Of a stretch of 64,000 bases of DNA, positions 21,101 through 32,120 are shown in pieces. The stretch is from an uncultured cyanobacterium (GTDB lineage: Bacteria > Cyanobacteriota > Cyanobacteriia > Cyanobacteriales > CAWCAG01), in NCBI GenBank assembly GCA_963803805.1, contig CAWDOD010000007.1:128001-192000 (forward strand), read 5' to 3'. Position numbers and translations under genes: made by a program. The stretch's first letter is position 1. Each line of letters starts with the position of its first letter. The notes under the pieces were generated by a model. That model did not search any database, had not been told where the DNA came from, and saw nothing but the letters and a program-made list of their open reading frames with translations.

Positions 21101-23916
21101 TGCTCAAAAACGAACAAGGGTATCATAGCAGGAAAAGCAGAATAACTAGCAGTTATAGCACCAGAAATAATTCCCATAGCTGCTAACTTGTCATTAGCAT
21201 CCATGATAGGTAAATCAACTAATTCTTCAATGGCTTTTGTACCTAAAGCGATTTGAACTTCTCTTTGTCCTCTTTTAATATCTTCTTGAGTGGGCTGTTG
21301 AGGAAATTGTATACCTAGTTTTTCAAGGACAGATATAGCACTACCTAAAGCTTCTAAAGGTCGATTTTGAGCTATATAAGTTTGAATATCGCTCTCATAA
21401 ACTTTAATCTTGTCGAGTATATTTTTAGCTTCTTGAATAACTATATTGCCTAACTCCAGCCTTTGTTCAAAGTTGCCATTAAGATAAGCAACCTCTACTG
21501 CTATTTCATAAAGTGCTAAACTCAGGTCATATTCTTCTTGCCAACTATCTTGACTTAAAAGCCTAATACCAACTTCAAGATAGTCGAGAGCTAATTTGTA
21601 ATCAGCAGAAGCCTTAGCTTTACGCCCAGCTAGTAAATTAAGCTTAGCCAGCTCATTTTTTTGTTTTCTATCTTCAATAATAGCAACGCTAAAATTAAGC
21701 TGATTAACAATCTCAAAAATCTTTTCTTCTTGTTGTTGCCAAGATTTATTTTCTAGTAGTAGCTGTCCAATTTGCTTGTGTAGTTTCTGTTTTTCTAATT
21801 TAGAAGTTAAAGAATAAGCCGCTTGCTGAATTCTATCATGGATAAATTTGTAGTAAACTTTTTGTGTTAATTCTTCAACAATGTTCAATTCAATAGATTT
21901 GTAGTGATTATCTAAAGGGACAATCAAGTTTTCTACTAAGGCTTCGTGGAGTAAAGAAACTACTTTTTTGATAGATTGCCCTGATACTATAACTAAAGTT
22001 TCTACATCAAACTGATTACCAATACAAGCAGCTAACTTTAGCAGATACTGAGTTTCACTAGCGAGGTTTTGAATCTTATCTGCCATTAAATCAATAACGT
22101 TATCTGTGAAATTGCACTCTTGAATTTCTCTTAAACTCCAGTACCATTTACTTTGTTGATAGTCAAAGTAAAGCAAATTTTTGCTATAGAGAGATTGCAA
22201 AAATTCGTTCAAGAAGAAAGGATTACCATCAGTCTTGCGATGAATTAATTGGGCTAGAGGTTCTGCTGTAGAAAAATCACATTGAAGGGTGTCAGCAACT
22301 AACTGTTGGACATTATTTAAAGCTAAAGGTGCTAAGGTAAGATGATTAGTTTTAGCTCCCTCTTGAATAATTTCTTCTACTGTTAAAATTAAAGGGTGAG
22401 TCAAGTCAGTTTGGTTATCTCGGTAAGCTCCAATGAGTAAAAAGCCCCCTTTGTTCTCCTCTATAATAAGAGATTTAAGAAGCTTTAGCGAAGCGGGATC
22501 TGCCCAGTGTAAATTGTCTAAAAATAATACTAAAGGATGTTTAGGAGAAATAAAAACTCTGATAAACTTTTGAAAAATAATGTCGAAGCGTTGTTTTATT
22601 ACTTTAGGACTTAACTCGGTTTCAGACTGTTCTTGTCCCAAAATCAAATTTATTTCAGGAACAAATTGAGCCATAGCTGTAATAGCATTTCCTAAAACAT
22701 TACGTAACTTAGAGCGCCATCTACTTAAGCTTTCTTCGCTTTCAGTTAATATCTGTTCAATCAAACCCTTAAAAGCCTGGATTATGCCTGAATAGGGAAC
22801 ATTACTTTTTAACTTGTCAAACTTACCTCTCAAAAAATAACCGCGCTGACGAGTAATTGGTTTGTATATTTCTTGAACTAAAACTGATTTACCAATACCA
22901 GGATATCCTGAAACCAAAACCATCTCTGAAGAAGGGAAGGTACTAATTTCATTTCCTACTTTTCCTGAGACACGGTCAAATATAGTTAATAAAGTTTTGA
23001 TTTCTTCTTCTCGACCATAAAGTTTTTGTGAAATTTGGAATTTATCAGCAATATCTTGACTTGCCAATTCAAAATCTTCTACATCTCCTCTGGACTTGAA
23101 TTGTTGTAAACATTTTTCTAAGTCTGCTTTGATTCCCCTAGCACTTTGATAGCGATCTTCAGCATTTTTTTCCAAAAGTTTCATGACAATTCGAGAAACT
23201 ACTTGGGGAATCTTATTATTAACTTGATGGGGAGTTAGAGGTTTTTTGGCAATGTGAGCATGAACTAATTCTAGAGGATCTTCACTCTCAAAAGGTAGCT
23301 GATTAGTAAGTAATTTATAAAAGGCAACTCCCAAAGAATAAAAATCCGTTCTATAATCTAGGGAACGGTTCATGCGACCAGTTTGCTCTGGTGACATATA
23401 GGGTAGTGTACCTTCAAGAATTTGAGCATTTTTGATTGAAGCATTTTCTTTGGTAAGGATGGTAGAAATGCCAAAATCTATAAGCTTAACTTGACCAGTT
23501 TGATGATTAAAAACTATATTAGCTAAATTAATATCTTTATGAATAATATGGGCTGCATGAACTAAACTCAAAGCGTTGGTGACTGCAATTCCTAAAGAGA
23601 AAAACTCTTCTAGTCTAACTAGACATTCTTCTAGATATCTTTTTAAAGAAATACCACCAAAATCTTCAAACACAATCATGAGATATTGGTCACTACTTTC
23701 AAAGCTCAAAGCTTTAATTATTGCTGCTGATTTTAAAGAGCTACTAATTTTGTATTCTTGCTTATATCTGGCAATTTCTTCGATACTAGGATTGCTTTTA
23801 TTTAATACTTTGAGAACTACTTTCTGTCCATCTTGATCACGTTGTCCACGATAAACAAAAGACCTTTCAGATGAATATATTTCTTCAGTTATGTTATACC
23901 CTGGAATAGTAATCAT
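18166..23916 (-). CDS. multidomain Ser/Thr kinase - AAA/STAND-like ATPase - helical repeats - GAF - PAS - class III cyclase
   Basis: HKDIN/DFG/GTLPYMSPEQ kinase; GYPGIGKS Walker A; 'YLENNL' GAF; PAS; 'SDLRSFT', 'DKFIGDA', 'DAVNLASRIE' cyclase. Confidence 0.92.
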   Translation of the reverse strand: MITIPGYNITEEIYSSERSFVYRGQRDQDGQKVVLKVLNKSNPSIEEIARYKQEYKISSSLKSAAIIKALSFESSDQYLMIVFEDFGGISLKRYLEECLVRLEEFFSLGIAVTNALSLVHAAHIIHKDINLANIVFNHQTGQVKLIDFGISTILTKENASIKNAQILEGTLPYMSPEQTGRMNRSLDYRTDFYSLGVAFYKLLTNQLPFESEDPLELVHAHIAKKPLTPHQVNNKIPQVVSRIVMKLLEKNAEDRYQSARGIKADLEKCLQQFKSRGDVEDFELASQDIADKFQISQKLYGREEEIKTLLTIFDRVSGKVGNEISTFPSSEMVLVSGYPGIGKSVLVQEIYKPITRQRGYFLRGKFDKLKSNVPYSGIIQAFKGLIEQILTESEESLSRWRSKLRNVLGNAITAMAQFVPEINLILGQEQSETELSPKVIKQRFDIIFQKFIRVFISPKHPLVLFLDNLHWADPASLKLLKSLIIEENKGGFLLIGAYRDNQTDLTHPLILTVEEIIQEGAKTNHLTLAPLALNNVQQLVADTLQCDFSTAEPLAQLIHRKTDGNPFFLNEFLQSLYSKNLLYFDYQQSKWYWSLREIQECNFTDNVIDLMADKIQNLASETQYLLKLAACIGNQFDVETLVIVSGQSIKKVVSLLHEALVENLIVPLDNHYKSIELNIVEELTQKVYYKFIHDRIQQAAYSLTSKLEKQKLHKQIGQLLLENKSWQQQEEKIFEIVNQLNFSVAIIEDRKQKNELAKLNLLAGRKAKASADYKLALDYLEVGIRLLSQDSWQEEYDLSLALYEIAVEVAYLNGNFEQRLELGNIVIQEAKNILDKIKVYESDIQTYIAQNRPLEALGSAISVLEKLGIQFPQQPTQEDIKRGQREVQIALGTKAIEELVDLPIMDANDKLAAMGIISGAITASYSAFPAMIPLFVFEQVKLSLEYGNTSLSAPAYAYYGSILCAIFHDVDNGYRFGELALDLLDFLETKEVQAKTFHIVNSLVKHFRASVRETLHFSVDAYQIGLEIGDIEYAAHGASSYALHYYFLGQDLVKFQAEIVAYRDMISQLKQQSDWQTISIFYQVALNLTGNAENPCYLVGEAYDVEVWFPWYIKVNSRSSVYLVNLQTSILCYLFGELPKALDNIEAATQDLDVAVGSLLTPIFHFYAALIKLAIANASDGKEQEKVLDQIANHQQVIKFLADCAPVNFLHKFYLIEAEKHRFLGDFTEAMDSYDNAIALARETQYVNEEALANELAAKFYLSRGKKKIARAYLLDAHYCYLRWGAKAKANQLENQYPQLFQGNYTPLNYSLESTQFTNSKTGNQYGQYLDLATVIKSSQAIAGEIILDKLLANLMTMLLENAGAEVGVLILQNKGQLFIEAVGTIESAKVQRWQSVLIKNTTQEVPVSIINYVARTHENLVLNDPAYEGKFTHDAYIRDYQPQSILCVPLINQSRLVSIIYLENNLTTGAFTANRLEIIKLLSSQAAISITNAKLYSEVRESESRLTQFLEAMPVGVAVFDTKGNPYYSNHRAKELLGQGVVPNESNPRQSNAYKIYTTGTDELYPQENLPSRRALKGESKTVDNIEVRRGNKAIPLEAWGTPIFDETGQIAYGISAFQDITERKKAEAERERFTAELSQLNKANERFVPRQFLQLLNKKSIADVKLGDAVQRKMSVLFSDLRSFTSLSEIMNPQDNFRFINAFLSRMEPVIADNNGFIDKFIGDAIMALFDGSADDAVKAGIAMLQTIAEYNKTRGGGKRPPIKIGIGINTGLLMLGTVGGTNRMEGTVISDAVNLASRIEALTKDYQVTLLITQHTFEALNNHHHYSIRIIDKVTVKGKTEAVTVYEVFDAEPLEIKEAKLVTKSAFERGIFLYNAKKFSEAAATFRDCLVKNPGDKVTQIYLERCQQQLRTT

Positions 23917-24353
23917 TGGTTTAACGAATCTACATTTTGCTCAGTGAATCTAACGGAAAGAAATGGAATTTTGAAGCGCTGTAGACTGTGGGGCTTGCGG
24001 TAGGTTATAGTTAAGTGAATATTCTTCATTATGTGCAAATTCTAGGCTCTGTGGCAAATTAGCGACCCTAAAACTTACTTAGAAACATCCTTAAGGTATA
24101 ACTGTAGGGGAAAAACCTAAGCAAAAATGAAATTATTGTGATTCTCTCATACTATGAATATGAAGTTAAGCTACCTTAGCTAGCTAGTAAAGTTAGCATC
24201 ATAACGCACATTAGCGAACAAATTCCAACAACAAAATTACTCTTACCTAAAAAAATTTGTTCAGTTTTGAGGCTGATATTTTCCACTTTAATTGAGATTT
24301 CAGTATAGCTTTATACCCAAAGACTAGTTTTAAACCAGCAATAATGAAAATGA

Positions 24354-24392
24354 AGAAGCTGTCCTAATCACCGATTAGTTAGGACAGCTTCT
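24354..24392 (-). terminator. intrinsic terminator downstream of the GH57 gene
   Basis: 14-bp perfect stem AGAAGCTGTCCTAA/TTAGGACAGCTTCT followed by a T-rich tract on the minus strand. Confidence 0.75.
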
Positions 24393-24434
24393 AACTGGAA
24401 ATAGATTAAATTAAGTTCACACCGTAAACTCAAT

Positions 24435-27005
24435 CTACTTTAACCAAGCGCTCATATCTACTTCTAGTCTTTGTCCTAAATTAAACACCCAAGGGAGTTG
24501 GCGAGGATGCCAACGACAAATATCTTCGCCATTTGCTTCTAGGCAGCTAGGAATAATTTGCTGATGCAAACAACTAAAATATAGCTCTTGGACACGACTG
24601 ATATCCAAACCAAGATTAAGCTTTTTGCCTACCTCAATACTAAGTTCTAGAATTTGGATATCGTCTTTTAAACCAGTTGGCTGACGATTATACAAAATTT
24701 GCCAGAGCAAGCGTAGAATTAACTTCTCCAAAGTCTTTTTCGCTTCAGGAATTTGTAACTTACAACGCAGGCGCTTAGCTTCTGTGGCAATCACCTCTAA
24801 CTTGGTCAAATATTTTTGCCACTGCTGAGGTTCATCGGCACATTGTTCTAAGTTTCTCACTTCTAGTAAACAACGGTGAGAAAGAGCAATTTCTGCTGCT
24901 ACTTGCAACTCCTGGGGGACAGGTAAATCATCCCGTTGAAAGGCCATCAATATACCATAATTGTTGCGATAAACTTGGGTATAAAGCTGATCGAGACGGT
25001 TTTTGGTATCCTCTGTTAGCTGTTGCATAATCCGCTGTCTTTCTTCAGCGAACAACTCATCTAAACCAAAACATTTTTCCCCAAAAGCCCGGTTGAGAGT
25101 CAAAATTGTTTTAGCGGTACTTCCTTGCTCAAGGGTTTCCCAGAGTTCTTCTTTTAACTTACTATAGTTTCTTCTACCGCCAAAAGGTTGAATACAGCAA
25201 TGAAAATCCCAACCCCCTAAATGGAGGACAGCAAAAACTAAATGAACACTTTCCCAAGTGATTTGGGAAGTCAAACGTATTTGCCCCAAAGCGAGGGTAA
25301 GAGAGCCAATTTGCTGACGCTGATAATCGAGTTGCTGGGCATCATAACAGTAGATGTGGTGTTGCTGGGGATAGTCAGTAAATAGAGAACTAATAGCATA
25401 ATGTGCTGCAACCTGTTCAAATCCCACCTGGGCAGACACTACTAACTGGCGGTAAACCTCAGCACCATTACCAAACCCTTCTACATTACTTGGTGCTTTG
25501 GCTAAATGAGAGAGGAATTGCTTTTCTAACTGCACCCCCGTCACATCTCCTGCTAGCTCTATAGCGCGGGAAGCATAGCGCAGAATTTGTACCCCTTCAG
25601 GTCGGGATATCTCCTCAAAAAACCAACCACAACTAGTAAACATTAACAAAGAATGACGCTGCATTTCCAACAAGCGCAGGGCATCTATTTTTTCTGTAGC
25701 AGTAAGTTGATGAAGTTGATGGCGAGTAAAGAAATGGTTAACTTTCTCTGGGGAACGATCCAAAATAACTTGAATATATTCGTCCCTTGCTTGCCAGGGA
25801 TCAAGGAAAATTTCTCGTCCAGCATCACCATAAATCTTAACCAAGCGATCCCGTAACCAATTAAGGGCTTCTCTAAGGGGTCTACGCCACTGCTGATGCC
25901 AAACACCACCACCACCACAACCGCAGTCATTTTGCCAACGTTCAACCCCGTGGGAGCAACTCCAAGCCGTCACAGGCTTAAGTTCAACTTCCCAAGTTGG
26001 GGGAGCAATACTTAAATAGTGGGCAAAATTAGTTACTTGCCAATCTCGGTTAGGAAATTCCTGGGTAAAGGCGTAGGCAAGACATTTTTCTGTCCCTCCT
26101 TTGTGATGACCAAAAGTTTCCCCATCAGTAGCAACACTAATTAACTGTGAGGAGCGATGATCCCCACGCACTGCTTGCCCTAACCTTCTGGCTAAATGCT
26201 GGGAACTATTAAGCACTTCACTAAAACCCATATCCCCTGAGATGGGGCCATCGTAGAAGAAAATATCAATATATCTACCATCTTCAACAAAGCAGCGATA
26301 GGGACGGGTGGGATCAACTTGTCCTCCTCCTACCTCATGCCATCCTGTCTCAGGTTGCTCTGGGGTGGGGATCGTGCGGCAACGCTCTGCTTGGGTAGGA
26401 GCTAAAACAATAAACTCGATCCCCTCATCAATTAGCACCTCTAAGGTGGGATAATCTATTGCGGTTTCTGCTAGCCACATACCTTGGGGATCACGCTGGA
26501 AACGAGCGCGGAAGTCCTCTTTCCCCCAACGAATTTGGGTATATTTATCCTTTTCATTAGCTAAAGGCAGAATAATATGGTTATAAGCTTGGGCGATCGC
26601 ATTACCATAACCCAGGCGATCGCAACTTTTCCTGTCTGCATCCAGGATACGTTGATAAACTTCTAGGTCATAACGTTCTAACCACGACATCAAAGTAGGG
26701 CCAACATTAAAGCTCAAATACTCAAAGTTATTAACGATCTCAACAACTTCTCCCTGACTATTTAAAACCCTAGCAAAAGCATTGGGACGATAGCACTCAT
26801 GATAGATGCGTTCGTTCCAGTCATGGCAAGGATGGGCGCTAGCTTGCCTTTCAATGGCATCCAGATAAGGATTTTCGCGGGGAGGTTGATAAAAATGTCC
26901 GTGAACTGCGACATAAACTCCAGTGGCAGTTTTTTGGGGATCGCTAACGGCTTGGTTAGGCTCGGAAGGTTGCTCTGAACTGCTTTTAACAGCAAAAGAA
27001 GTCAT
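24435..27005 (-). CDS. glycoside hydrolase family 57 protein with DUF3536-like C-terminus
   Basis: 'HGHFYQPPRENP', 'GMWLAETA', 'TDGETFGHH', 'MFTSCGWFF'. Confidence 0.9.
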   Translation of the reverse strand: MTSFAVKSSSEQPSEPNQAVSDPQKTATGVYVAVHGHFYQPPRENPYLDAIERQASAHPCHDWNERIYHECYRPNAFARVLNSQGEVVEIVNNFEYLSFNVGPTLMSWLERYDLEVYQRILDADRKSCDRLGYGNAIAQAYNHIILPLANEKDKYTQIRWGKEDFRARFQRDPQGMWLAETAIDYPTLEVLIDEGIEFIVLAPTQAERCRTIPTPEQPETGWHEVGGGQVDPTRPYRCFVEDGRYIDIFFYDGPISGDMGFSEVLNSSQHLARRLGQAVRGDHRSSQLISVATDGETFGHHKGGTEKCLAYAFTQEFPNRDWQVTNFAHYLSIAPPTWEVELKPVTAWSCSHGVERWQNDCGCGGGGVWHQQWRRPLREALNWLRDRLVKIYGDAGREIFLDPWQARDEYIQVILDRSPEKVNHFFTRHQLHQLTATEKIDALRLLEMQRHSLLMFTSCGWFFEEISRPEGVQILRYASRAIELAGDVTGVQLEKQFLSHLAKAPSNVEGFGNGAEVYRQLVVSAQVGFEQVAAHYAISSLFTDYPQQHHIYCYDAQQLDYQRQQIGSLTLALGQIRLTSQITWESVHLVFAVLHLGGWDFHCCIQPFGGRRNYSKLKEELWETLEQGSTAKTILTLNRAFGEKCFGLDELFAEERQRIMQQLTEDTKNRLDQLYTQVYRNNYGILMAFQRDDLPVPQELQVAAEIALSHRCLLEVRNLEQCADEPQQWQKYLTKLEVIATEAKRLRCKLQIPEAKKTLEKLILRLLWQILYNRQPTGLKDDIQILELSIEVGKKLNLGLDISRVQELYFSCLHQQIIPSCLEANGEDICRWHPRQLPWVFNLGQRLEVDMSAWLK

Positions 27006-27326
27006 GAATTTACCAAATTAGGATAAATCGCTCATCTAAAATTCTCAGCCACTCCCAGGTCTGCAACTATTAAGAAGGGCTAGATAAATTTAAGATGTAG
27101 CGAAGAGGGAACGTACTGAAATCAACTTTTAACAACAGGACGCACAGCAAAATTCTTCGATGATGGAAAAACTTCAATAAAATACACAGTTTTTTCATTA
27201 AAACTTAATTTCAACTGAATGGGAAATTACCTTATGTTAATTTAATAATCTTTTTGCTTTTATTCTAGTTTTGTTAAAGATCACAAAGAACAATCTAAAA
27301 TAGGGTGACTCAATTTAGTTGTGCCA

Positions 27327-28421
27327 ATGTTCAACCAAAACACAATTTTTTTCCTTTTATTAGTCTTTATTCCTATCTCTATTGCTGCTCACTTTCAAGA
27401 TTGGGGGGCAGCAGTGGTTTTTATTACCGCAGGTATTGCCATCATTCCCCTAGCGGCTTTTATGGGGACAGCTACAGAAGAAATCGCTGTAGTAGTCGGT
27501 CCGAATTTAGGAGGACTATTAAATGCGACTTTTGGTAATGCTACAGAACTTATTTTGGCTTTTATTGCCCTCAATGCCGGACTAATTGAGGTAGTAAAAG
27601 CTACCATAACCGGCTCAATTATCAGTAACCTGTTATTGGTGATGGGTTTTTCTATGCTTTTAGGGGGTTTACGTTACAAAGAACAGAAGTTTGAACCTAC
27701 CACAGCCAGGTTAAATGCTTCAACTATGAACCTAGCAGTTATTGCCCTCCTTTTACCTACCGCAGTGCAGTATACATCCACCGGGATTGGGGAAGTAACC
27801 TTACAAAATCTCTCTATCGCAGTGGCAGTAGTCTTAATTGTGGTTTATGGCTTAACCCTCTTATTTTCTATGAAAACCCATTCCTACCTCTACGATGTTG
27901 GCGTAGCAGATTTCGAGGAAGAAGAGGGACAAGAAGAACATGAAGTTAATCTGGGATTGTGGATCGGGGTTCTTTTAGGAGTAACTCTTTTAGTTGCCGC
28001 AGAGTCTGAATTATTAGTAGAATCTTTAGAAGAAGCAACCTCGACATTAGGGTTAAGCGCCCTATTCACCGGCGTAATTGTCCTACCGATTATTGGTAAT
28101 GCCGCAGAACACGCCACTGCTGTCACCGTAGCTATTAAAAACAAAATGGATCTGTCTGTTTCGGTGGCAGTAGGTTCTAGTATGCAAATTGCCCTATTTG
28201 TGGCCCCGGTACTAGTAATTGCTGGTTGGTTTGTGGGACAACCAATGGATCTCGATTTTAATCCCTTTGAATTAGTCGCTGTAGCCGTATCTGTACTAAT
28301 TGCCAATTCTATTAGTTCTGACGGGGAATCTAATTGGTTAGAAGGAAGCTTACTTTTAGCTACCTATGCTGTAGTTGCCCTAGCCTTCTTCTTCCACCCA
28401 GTAGTTAAAGGACTAGGTTGA
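27327..28421 (+). CDS. cax: Ca2+/H+ antiporter (CAX)
   Basis: Alpha repeats 'FGNATELI' and 'IGNAAEH', acidic central loop. Confidence 0.93.
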   Translation: MFNQNTIFFLLLVFIPISIAAHFQDWGAAVVFITAGIAIIPLAAFMGTATEEIAVVVGPNLGGLLNATFGNATELILAFIALNAGLIEVVKATITGSIISNLLLVMGFSMLLGGLRYKEQKFEPTTARLNASTMNLAVIALLLPTAVQYTSTGIGEVTLQNLSIAVAVVLIVVYGLTLLFSMKTHSYLYDVGVADFEEEEGQEEHEVNLGLWIGVLLGVTLLVAAESELLVESLEEATSTLGLSALFTGVIVLPIIGNAAEHATAVTVAIKNKMDLSVSVAVGSSMQIALFVAPVLVIAGWFVGQPMDLDFNPFELVAVAVSVLIANSISSDGESNWLEGSLLLATYAVVALAFFFHPVVKGLG

Positions 28422-28522
28422 ACTCATGACCCTTATTAACCAAACGACAAGGTACATTTATTTCAATTAGCGATTAGCAAAAACCCAAGTCTCAAATTTT
28501 CTAACAAGGACTGCTATACAAA

Positions 28523-29359
28523 CTACTGATGGGTCATACCATCAGGCATAATTGCTCCAGTTAACACAGCACCTGTAAAGTTAGTCTCATTTAAGTTGGC
28601 ATCAATCAAAACTGCTCTACTAAGAATAGCTCCTTGAAGATTAGCCCAACAGAGTTTAGCCCTAGTCAGTTTTGCTCCTGTCAAATCTGCCCTTGGTAAA
28701 GAAGCCCAACTGAGACTAACTTCTCTGAGGGTAGCTTCACATAAAATAGCCTTAGCTAAATTGGCACAGCTCATTTGCGCTCGGCTAAGGTTTGCCCTGG
28801 TGGCATTTATTCCAGAAGCATTAACGCTATTAAAAATGCCATCTTCTAAGTTAGCTCCTTGTAAATTAGCACCCATGAGAAAGGAATTAGTTAAGTTAAT
28901 CCCCTGTAAATTAGCTTCTGCTAAATTGGCATTCATCAACTTAGCCCTACTCATAGAAACCCCCGTTAGTTTTGCTCTTTTCAAGGTGGCATCAATTAAG
29001 ACAACTTCATTCAAGACAGCATAGCTCAAATCTGCTGAAGTCAGATTCGCTCTCCTAAGATTAGAAGCTCTTAAGCTAGCATCCACTAATTTGGCTGCCG
29101 TCAGATTAGCCTCCTCTAGGTTGCTACTAATTAAATTAGCTTCAGTTAAATTGGCTTGCAAGCTTGCACCAAAAAGATTAGCTTCTCTAAAATTAGTTCT
29201 TACTAAAGAAGCACCGATTAAGTTAGCTCGACTTAAATTACTCTCCTTTAAATTAGCGCCACTTAGATCTGCTCCACCGAGAAAGACTCCTTCGAGATTC
29301 GTTTTCTGGAAATCTCGCTCTCCGGCAGCATAGCGATTTAGGAGTTCCTCAGCATCCAT
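28523..29359 (-). CDS. pentapeptide repeat protein
   Basis: 'ELLNRYAAGERDF' followed by long A(N/D)Lxx repeats and C-terminal 'AIMPDG'. Confidence 0.92.
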   Translation of the reverse strand: MDAEELLNRYAAGERDFQKTNLEGVFLGGADLSGANLKESNLSRANLIGASLVRTNFREANLFGASLQANLTEANLISSNLEEANLTAAKLVDASLRASNLRRANLTSADLSYAVLNEVVLIDATLKRAKLTGVSMSRAKLMNANLAEANLQGINLTNSFLMGANLQGANLEDGIFNSVNASGINATRANLSRAQMSCANLAKAILCEATLREVSLSWASLPRADLTGAKLTRAKLCWANLQGAILSRAVLIDANLNETNFTGAVLTGAIMPDGMTHQ

Positions 29360-29621
29360 ACGATTTTATCCTTGGTTCTACTTATCTGGTGCAACATAAT
29401 AATCTGCATAAAAAATTAAGTTGAAAGTATATTATGTCTAATCCAAAAACGACCTTTGAGCAAGGGCGCAAAACTTAAGCTTGCTGAAAATCAGGCATTT
29501 TTCTAGGTAATTGCTCTTTTGTGAAGAAAAATGTCGTCAGAGAATCAACCATGGTAACTTACTATCTCCTTGAGACAATAAAGAAATAGCGGTAGTAATC
29601 TTAAGAAAAAGGATAAATTCA

Positions 29622-31295
29622 ATGCCAGAAAATACTAGAAGTCAAGCTATAACTAAAGGGGTTCAACGCACTCCTAATCGTGCCATGTTAAGAGCTGTGG
29701 GGTTTGGCGACAAGGATTTTATCAAGCCCATTGTGGGAGTTGCCAACGGTTACAGCACTTTGACTCCTTGTAACATTGGTTTGAACGATTTAGCTCTTAA
29801 GGTAGAGTCCGAACTTAAAAAGGTCGATGCTATGCCTTTAATGTTTGGCACTATTACAATCAGCGATGGCATTTCCATGGGGACTGAAGGGATGAAATAT
29901 TCCCTGGTTTCTCGTGAAGTGATTGCCGACTCCATTGAAACTGTTTGTCAAGGTCAAAGTATGGATGGGGTTTTGGCTATTGGCGGCTGTGATAAAAATA
30001 TGCCTGGGGCCACTATTGCGATCGCCAGAATGAACATTCCCGCTATTTTCGTTTATGGCGGTACGATTAAGCCCGGACACTACAACGGCAAGGATTTAAC
30101 CGTTGTAAGTGCTTTTGAAGCCGTAGGACAGTATAGTGCTGGGAAAATTGATGAAAAAGAGTTAACAGAGATTGAACGCAATGCCTGTCCTGGCGCAGGC
30201 TCCTGTGGTGGGATGTTTACTGCCAATACCATGTCCTCTGCTCTAGAAGCTATGGGTTTGAGCTTGCCCTACTCTTCAACTATGGCTGCTGAAGATGCAG
30301 AAAAGGCTGAAAGTGCAGAAAAATCAGCTTTTGTTTTAGTAGAAGCTATTCGTAAGCAAATCCTCCCAAGTCAACTTATGACTCGCAAGGGCTTTGAAAA
30401 TGCTATCTCAGTAATTATGGCGGTAGGAGGTTCTACCAATGCAGTACTTCATTTACTGGCGATTGCCCATAGCATTGGTGTAGAACTTTCCCTAGATGAT
30501 TTTGAAGTTATTCGCGCCCGTGTCCCAGTCCTTTGTGATCTCAAACCTTCCGGTCAGTATGTCACCACAAATTTACACGCTTCAGGGGGGATTCCCCAAG
30601 TAATGAAAATGTTGTTGGTTCATGATTTATTACACGGAGATGCTTTAACAATCACAGGAGAAACTGTTGCTGAAGTTTTAGCTGATGTACCTGACAATCC
30701 TCCTCAAAACCAAGATGTTATTCGTCAGTGGGATAACCCCCTTTATAACCAAGGACATTTAGCGATTTTAAAAGGTAATTTAGCTACAGAAGGTGCTGTG
30801 GCTAAAATTAGTGGTGTCAAGAAACCCCAAATTTCTGGCCCGGCGAGGGTTTTTGAATCGGAAGAAGAGTGTTTAGAGGCTATCTTGGCAGGAAAAATTC
30901 AGCCGGGAGATATTATTGTTGTCCGTTACGAAGGGCCTAAAGGTGGTCCGGGAATGCGAGAAATGCTGGCTCCCACCTCAGCAATTATTGGTGCTGGCTT
31001 AGGAGATTCTGTGGGCTTAATCACTGATGGTAGATTCTCCGGTGGAACCTATGGCTTGGTTGTTGGTCATGTAGCCCCAGAAGCGGCTGTGGGGGGTAAT
31101 ATTGCCTTGGTCAGGGAAGGAGACGAAATCACCATTGATGCCCCTTCTCGGTCACTAAAACTCAATATCCCAGAAGCAGAACTTACCCGTCGCCGTGGCG
31201 AATGGCAACCCCCCCAAGCCAAATATACAACTGGAGTTTTGGCTAAATATGCCAAATTAGTCTCTTCTAGCAGCATTGGGGCTGTCACAGATTAA
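29622..31295 (+). CDS. ilvD: dihydroxy-acid dehydratase
   Basis: 'TPCN', 'GGCDKNMPG', '[12 protein letters not shown]', '[11 protein letters not shown]', 'TDGRFSGG'. Confidence 0.97.
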   Translation: MPENTRSQAITKGVQRTPNRAMLRAVGFGDKDFIKPIVGVANGYSTLTPCNIGLNDLALKVESELKKVDAMPLMFGTITISDGISMGTEGMKYSLVSREVIADSIETVCQGQSMDGVLAIGGCDKNMPGATIAIARMNIPAIFVYGGTIKPGHYNGKDLTVVSAFEAVGQYSAGKIDEKELTEIERNACPGAGSCGGMFTANTMSSALEAMGLSLPYSSTMAAEDAEKAESAEKSAFVLVEAIRKQILPSQLMTRKGFENAISVIMAVGGSTNAVLHLLAIAHSIGVELSLDDFEVIRARVPVLCDLKPSGQYVTTNLHASGGIPQVMKMLLVHDLLHGDALTITGETVAEVLADVPDNPPQNQDVIRQWDNPLYNQGHLAILKGNLATEGAVAKISGVKKPQISGPARVFESEEECLEAILAGKIQPGDIIVVRYEGPKGGPGMREMLAPTSAIIGAGLGDSVGLITDGRFSGGTYGLVVGHVAPEAAVGGNIALVREGDEITIDAPSRSLKLNIPEAELTRRRGEWQPPQAKYTTGVLAKYAKLVSSSSIGAVTD

Positions 31296-31300
31296 GAATT

Positions 31301-31332
31301 GCTAACAGCTAACGGCTAATGGCTAATGGCTA
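31301..31332. repeat. heptameric short tandem repeat (GCTAAYR)
   Basis: GCTAACA GCTAACG GCTAATG GCTAATG GCTA. Confidence 0.8.
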
Positions 31333-31378
31333 TTAGCCTTATTGAAGGAAAGTCTAGAGCCGATTTTTGATCTAAATT

Positions 31379-31834
31379 GTGAACGAAATATCTACAGAGC
31401 AAGGGGAGCAACAAAAAGCTTCACCCATTTCTTCTACTCAAAATTCTTTAGTTGAAGAAATAGAGGAGTTGGGACTAAATAAAATTGAGCGGCATATTTT
31501 TCTTTGTGCTGACCAAACTAAGCCTAAATGCTGCCCCAAAAAAAACAGCTTAGAAGCTTGGAATTATCTCAAAAAAAGATTAAAAGAATTAGGACTTGAG
31601 CAACCTACCGCAATCAAAAATCATTGTATTTTCCGTACTAAAGCTAATTGCTTGCGGGTATGCAGAGACGGACCAATTCTTTTAGTTTATCCTGATGGAG
31701 TTTGGTATCGTCATGCAACTCCAGAAGTCATAGAAAAAATCCTTCAAGAGCATATCCTTGGCAACACCATTGTTGAAGAATATGCCTTCTGTATTCATCC
31801 TTTAGAAGGTATCGCTAAAAAACGTAACATTTAG
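31379..31834 (+). CDS. thioredoxin-like [2Fe-2S] ferredoxin
   Basis: 'HIFLCADQTKPKCC', 'KANCLRVC', 'GPILLVYPDGVWY'. Confidence 0.88.
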   Translation: MNEISTEQGEQQKASPISSTQNSLVEEIEELGLNKIERHIFLCADQTKPKCCPKKNSLEAWNYLKKRLKELGLEQPTAIKNHCIFRTKANCLRVCRDGPILLVYPDGVWYRHATPEVIEKILQEHILGNTIVEEYAFCIHPLEGIAKKRNI

Positions 31835-32120
31835 TCAGTAACTATTGCTATCTTAGGGCGAAATCACTTAGATACTTTATGCCTCTCTAGATTTTTTCAT
31901 GGTTGAAATTAGCTCCAAAAGAGGGAAAATTGACACACTAATCTACTCAGTCTCTATTCCCCCATAGCGAATGTAGCTATTTACTTTAAACTCTATAGTT
32001 AGATAGGGAAAATCCTATCCGCAATCCATCACCCATGAAGCATGACAGCTATAATGGGTGTTTGCTTGTGATTATGCAAAAATAAACAACTGCCAAACCC
32101 GGCGTAAAGAGTGTCACGAA

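Noticed and set aside
28761-29333. Antisense ORFs over the pentapeptide genes (also 15673-16170)
   Set aside because: Shadow ORFs of repeat-coding DNA
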